Of a DNA stretch of 64,000 bases, positions 62,065 through 64,000 are shown one piece after another. The stretch spans positions 9,580 to 73,579 of the forward strand of contig CBDBID010000043.1 of NCBI GenBank assembly GCA_965205565.1. Reading direction: 5' to 3'. Numbering within the stretch: the first letter of the stretch is position 1; each line of letters opens with the position of its first letter. This DNA comes from Acidobacteriota bacterium (GTDB lineage Bacteria > Acidobacteriota > UBA6911 > RPQK01 > CBDBID01). Made by a program: the position numbers and the translations under genes. The notes under the pieces are model-generated. The model ran no database searches. It had not been told where the DNA came from and saw only the letters and a program-made list of their open reading frames with translations.

Positions 62065-62676
62065 ATGGGGGCTAGGACAGGGAGCGAGCACTACGTGACG
62101 GTACTGGGACTGGAAGGTATCAACCTGCAAGACGACGCCGGCATCCGAGAAGCCGCGGATCGGGTCCGCAGCGCCAACCCGCCTCCCGTGGTGGCTGTGC
62201 CGGCAATGGGTCGCACCGCCGATCGCATCCAGAGGGCCGTCGAAAAGTCATGCCAGCAGGACGTGGTCTGGGCCTTGACGCTGGCGGAAGGTTTGCGGAC
62301 CTACCACATGCAGGTGGCGGAGATGGTGACCGCGGGGGCTACCTGGAAGGAAACGAAGAGCTTGCTTTCGGACCTGTTCGAGGAGTTCGCTCAGTTTTTA
62401 CAGGGTCTGTATCTGCTCGGCGAGCTGACCGATCATGGCCGGCGGGTGGCCGCTTTTTACGGGGAGAAAGCCTCGAGCGTCATTCAAGCGGGAGCCTTGG
62501 GGGAAAAAGGGATTGCCGTGCGCTCGCTGGGCGGTCGAGAAACCCTGCTCTCTTGTTTTGGTCCGGAAGCGGAAAAGGCAAGGAAAGAATTCCAAGGGGA
62601 GCTAGAGCAGTGCCTCAAGCAAGGGACGGTTCCTCTGATCCCGAGCTCCCTCCGAGAGGGCCTTGAAGCCCACTGA
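62065..62676 (+). CDS. aspartokinase-like amino-acid-kinase N-lobe fragment, degenerate and truncated (possible pseudogene)
   Basis: VTVLGLEGINLQD aligns to the I/VxKFGGTSVxD motif with the Lys and Gly-Gly lost. VVAVPAMGRTADRI resembles VVVVSAMGxxTDxL, and GEKASSVIQAGALGEKGIAV resembles GExLSxxLLAxxLxxxGI. The ORF ends where the GFxG segment should begin, and there are no ACT domains. Confidence 0.4.
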   Translation: MGARTGSEHYVTVLGLEGINLQDDAGIREAADRVRSANPPPVVAVPAMGRTADRIQRAVEKSCQQDVVWALTLAEGLRTYHMQVAEMVTAGATWKETKSLLSDLFEEFAQFLQGLYLLGELTDHGRRVAAFYGEKASSVIQAGALGEKGIAVRSLGGRETLLSCFGPEAEKARKEFQGELEQCLKQGTVPLIPSSLREGLEAH

Positions 62677-62795
62677 AAGGTCTGGCCTGAACCTTCCTTT
62701 CTGACCGGCGTGTGCTTGACTTCGTCCTCGCAATGCCCCAAATATGGGGAACCGTTGGCTCCGCCCTTCAGGTAACACAAACAACCCGGAAATCT

Positions 62796-64000
62796 CTACA
62801 GTCCGATACAGACCGACTTCGTCTCGAGGTAGTTACTGAGAGCATCGTGTCCCATTTCACGCCCCCACCCTGACTGTTTGTACCCGCCGAAAGGCAGTGC
62901 GGCGTCGAACACGTTGTAACAGTTGATCCAGACGGTCCCGGCACGGAGTCTGGCTGCTATTCTGTGGGCCTTTCCGATGTCGCGTGTCCAGATCCCGGCG
63001 GCGAGCCCATAAACTGTGTCGTTGGCTGCGGTGACCACTTCTTCGACATCTTTGAACGGCATTGCGGTCACTACCGGACCGAAGATTTCCTCTTGGACCA
63101 CTTTCATTGAGGGTTTGGTGTTTACCAGGACCGTGGGCTCAACGAAGTAGCCGGTCTCACCGCTGCGCTTGCCCCCACAGACCGCCTCGGCACCTTCGGC
63201 GAAGCCGGACTCGAGATAGCCACAGACCCTCTCGAGTTGCTCATCTGAAACTAACGGCCCCATCTCCGTGTCCGCATCCATGCCCCTCCCAAGTTTGATC
63301 CGGTTCGCAGCTTCGGAAACTCCTTCCACGACTTTGTCGAATACGCTCTGTTCGACGTACAGGCGGCTTCCTGCACTGCAGCATTGGCCGTGGTTGAAGA
63401 AGACGGCGTTCGAGGCGCCTGCTACGGCCGTCTCGAGATCTGAATCGCTAAACACGAGGTTGGGCGACTTACCTCCGAGCTCGAGTGTCAACTTTTTCAG
63501 GTCATTGGCAGCCGCCTTGATAATCGACTTCCCCACTTCGGTCGACCCGGTGAACGCCACCTTGTCGACACCCGGATGGGCGGCTAGGGAGGCTCCGGCG
63601 GTTTCACCGAAACCGGGCACAATATTGACAACGCCATCGGGAAAGCCCACTTCAGCAAAGAGTTCACCAAGCCGCAGAGCTGAGAGTGGGGTTTGTTCAG
63701 CGGGTTTAAGCACGACTGTGCATCCGGCGGCAAGAGCCGGTCCGAGTTTCCATGCGGCCATCAGCAAAGGAAAGTTCCACGGAATAATCTGGCCCACCAC
63801 GCCGATAGGATCTCGCAGAGTGAAAGAGTGGAATTGCGTATCCGGTGCATACGGAACGGAAATAGGGATAGTATTCCCTTCGATCTTTGTGGCCCAACCG
63901 GCCATGTAGCGGAACAGGTCGATGGATAGTGGTACATCAGCTCCGCGAGCTACCGCAACAGGTTTGCCGTTGTCAAGCGACTCGAGCTCAGCGAATTCTT
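62796..64000 (-). CDS. NAD(P)-dependent aldehyde dehydrogenase, 5' end outside the window
   Basis: ELGGKSP, FNHGQCCSAGSRLYV (catalytic Cys) and EEIFGPV. The frame stays open to position 64000 (...EFAELESLDNGKPVAVARGADVPLSIDLFRYMAGW). Confidence 0.9.
   Translation of the reverse strand, partial: EFAELESLDNGKPVAVARGADVPLSIDLFRYMAGWATKIEGNTIPISVPYAPDTQFHSFTLRDPIGVVGQIIPWNFPLLMAAWKLGPALAAGCTVVLKPAEQTPLSALRLGELFAEVGFPDGVVNIVPGFGETAGASLAAHPGVDKVAFTGSTEVGKSIIKAAANDLKKLTLELGGKSPNLVFSDSDLETAVAGASNAVFFNHGQCCSAGSRLYVEQSVFDKVVEGVSEAANRIKLGRGMDADTEMGPLVSDEQLERVCGYLESGFAEGAEAVCGGKRSGETGYFVEPTVLVNTKPSMKVVQEEIFGPVVTAMPFKDVEEVVTAANDTVYGLAAGIWTRDIGKAHRIAARLRAGTVWINCYNVFDAALPFGGYKQSGWGREMGHDALSNYLETKSVCIGL

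Overview
High-G+C bacterial chromosomal segment with about 52 protein-coding loci. I recognised no rRNA, tRNA or CRISPR array by eye.

Intact housekeeping genes:
- trpF (3' end)-trpB-trpA-chorismate mutase
- guaB, secA, and a fused ATP sulfurylase/APS kinase
- modA and modB (modC is broken)
- leuA and leuCD
- msrA, fdhD, mobA, a Mn-type SOD and ferritin

Accessory content:
- A lipid-type fusion enzyme: acyl-AMP ligase, carrier domain and PlsC-type acyltransferase in one protein.
- A pair of M16 peptidases.
- A 26.8-44.7 kb carbohydrate island. It holds TIM-barrel isomerases/epimerases, an SMP-30 lactonase, a Gfo/Idh/MocA dehydrogenase, an enolase-superfamily dehydratase, an AraD1/GguC-like protein, a DUF4432 protein, three BNR propellers, a DegT aminotransferase and a DMFase-like protein.
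- A PQQ-repeat propeller, a DUF3311+SSS transporter pair, a GT4 glycosyltransferase and a MacB/FtsX-type ABC exporter.

I did not find a convincing new multi-gene system such as a defence, secretion or biosynthetic cluster. The observations most worth following up are:
1. About a dozen accessory loci are disrupted: 1-nt frameshifts (mostly at G/C runs), two in-frame TAG codons, an internally deleted IS1634-type transposase, a chimeric amidohydrolase beside a truncated cupin, and a degenerate aspartokinase stub. The core genes are intact.
2. A roughly 280-bp MITE-like element with inverted ends lies in a 725-bp non-coding fdhD-mobA spacer. A third, 92%-identical partial copy abuts the ferritin stop codon.
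3. The ligase-ACP-acyltransferase fusion.

The gene content (DUF1080, Gfo/Idh/MocA, xylose-isomerase-like barrels, BNR propellers, Tat signals) resembles Acidobacteriota, PVC-type or sponge-associated bacteria. That is inference only.

All family calls come from motif recognition in the supplied translations. No database search was possible.
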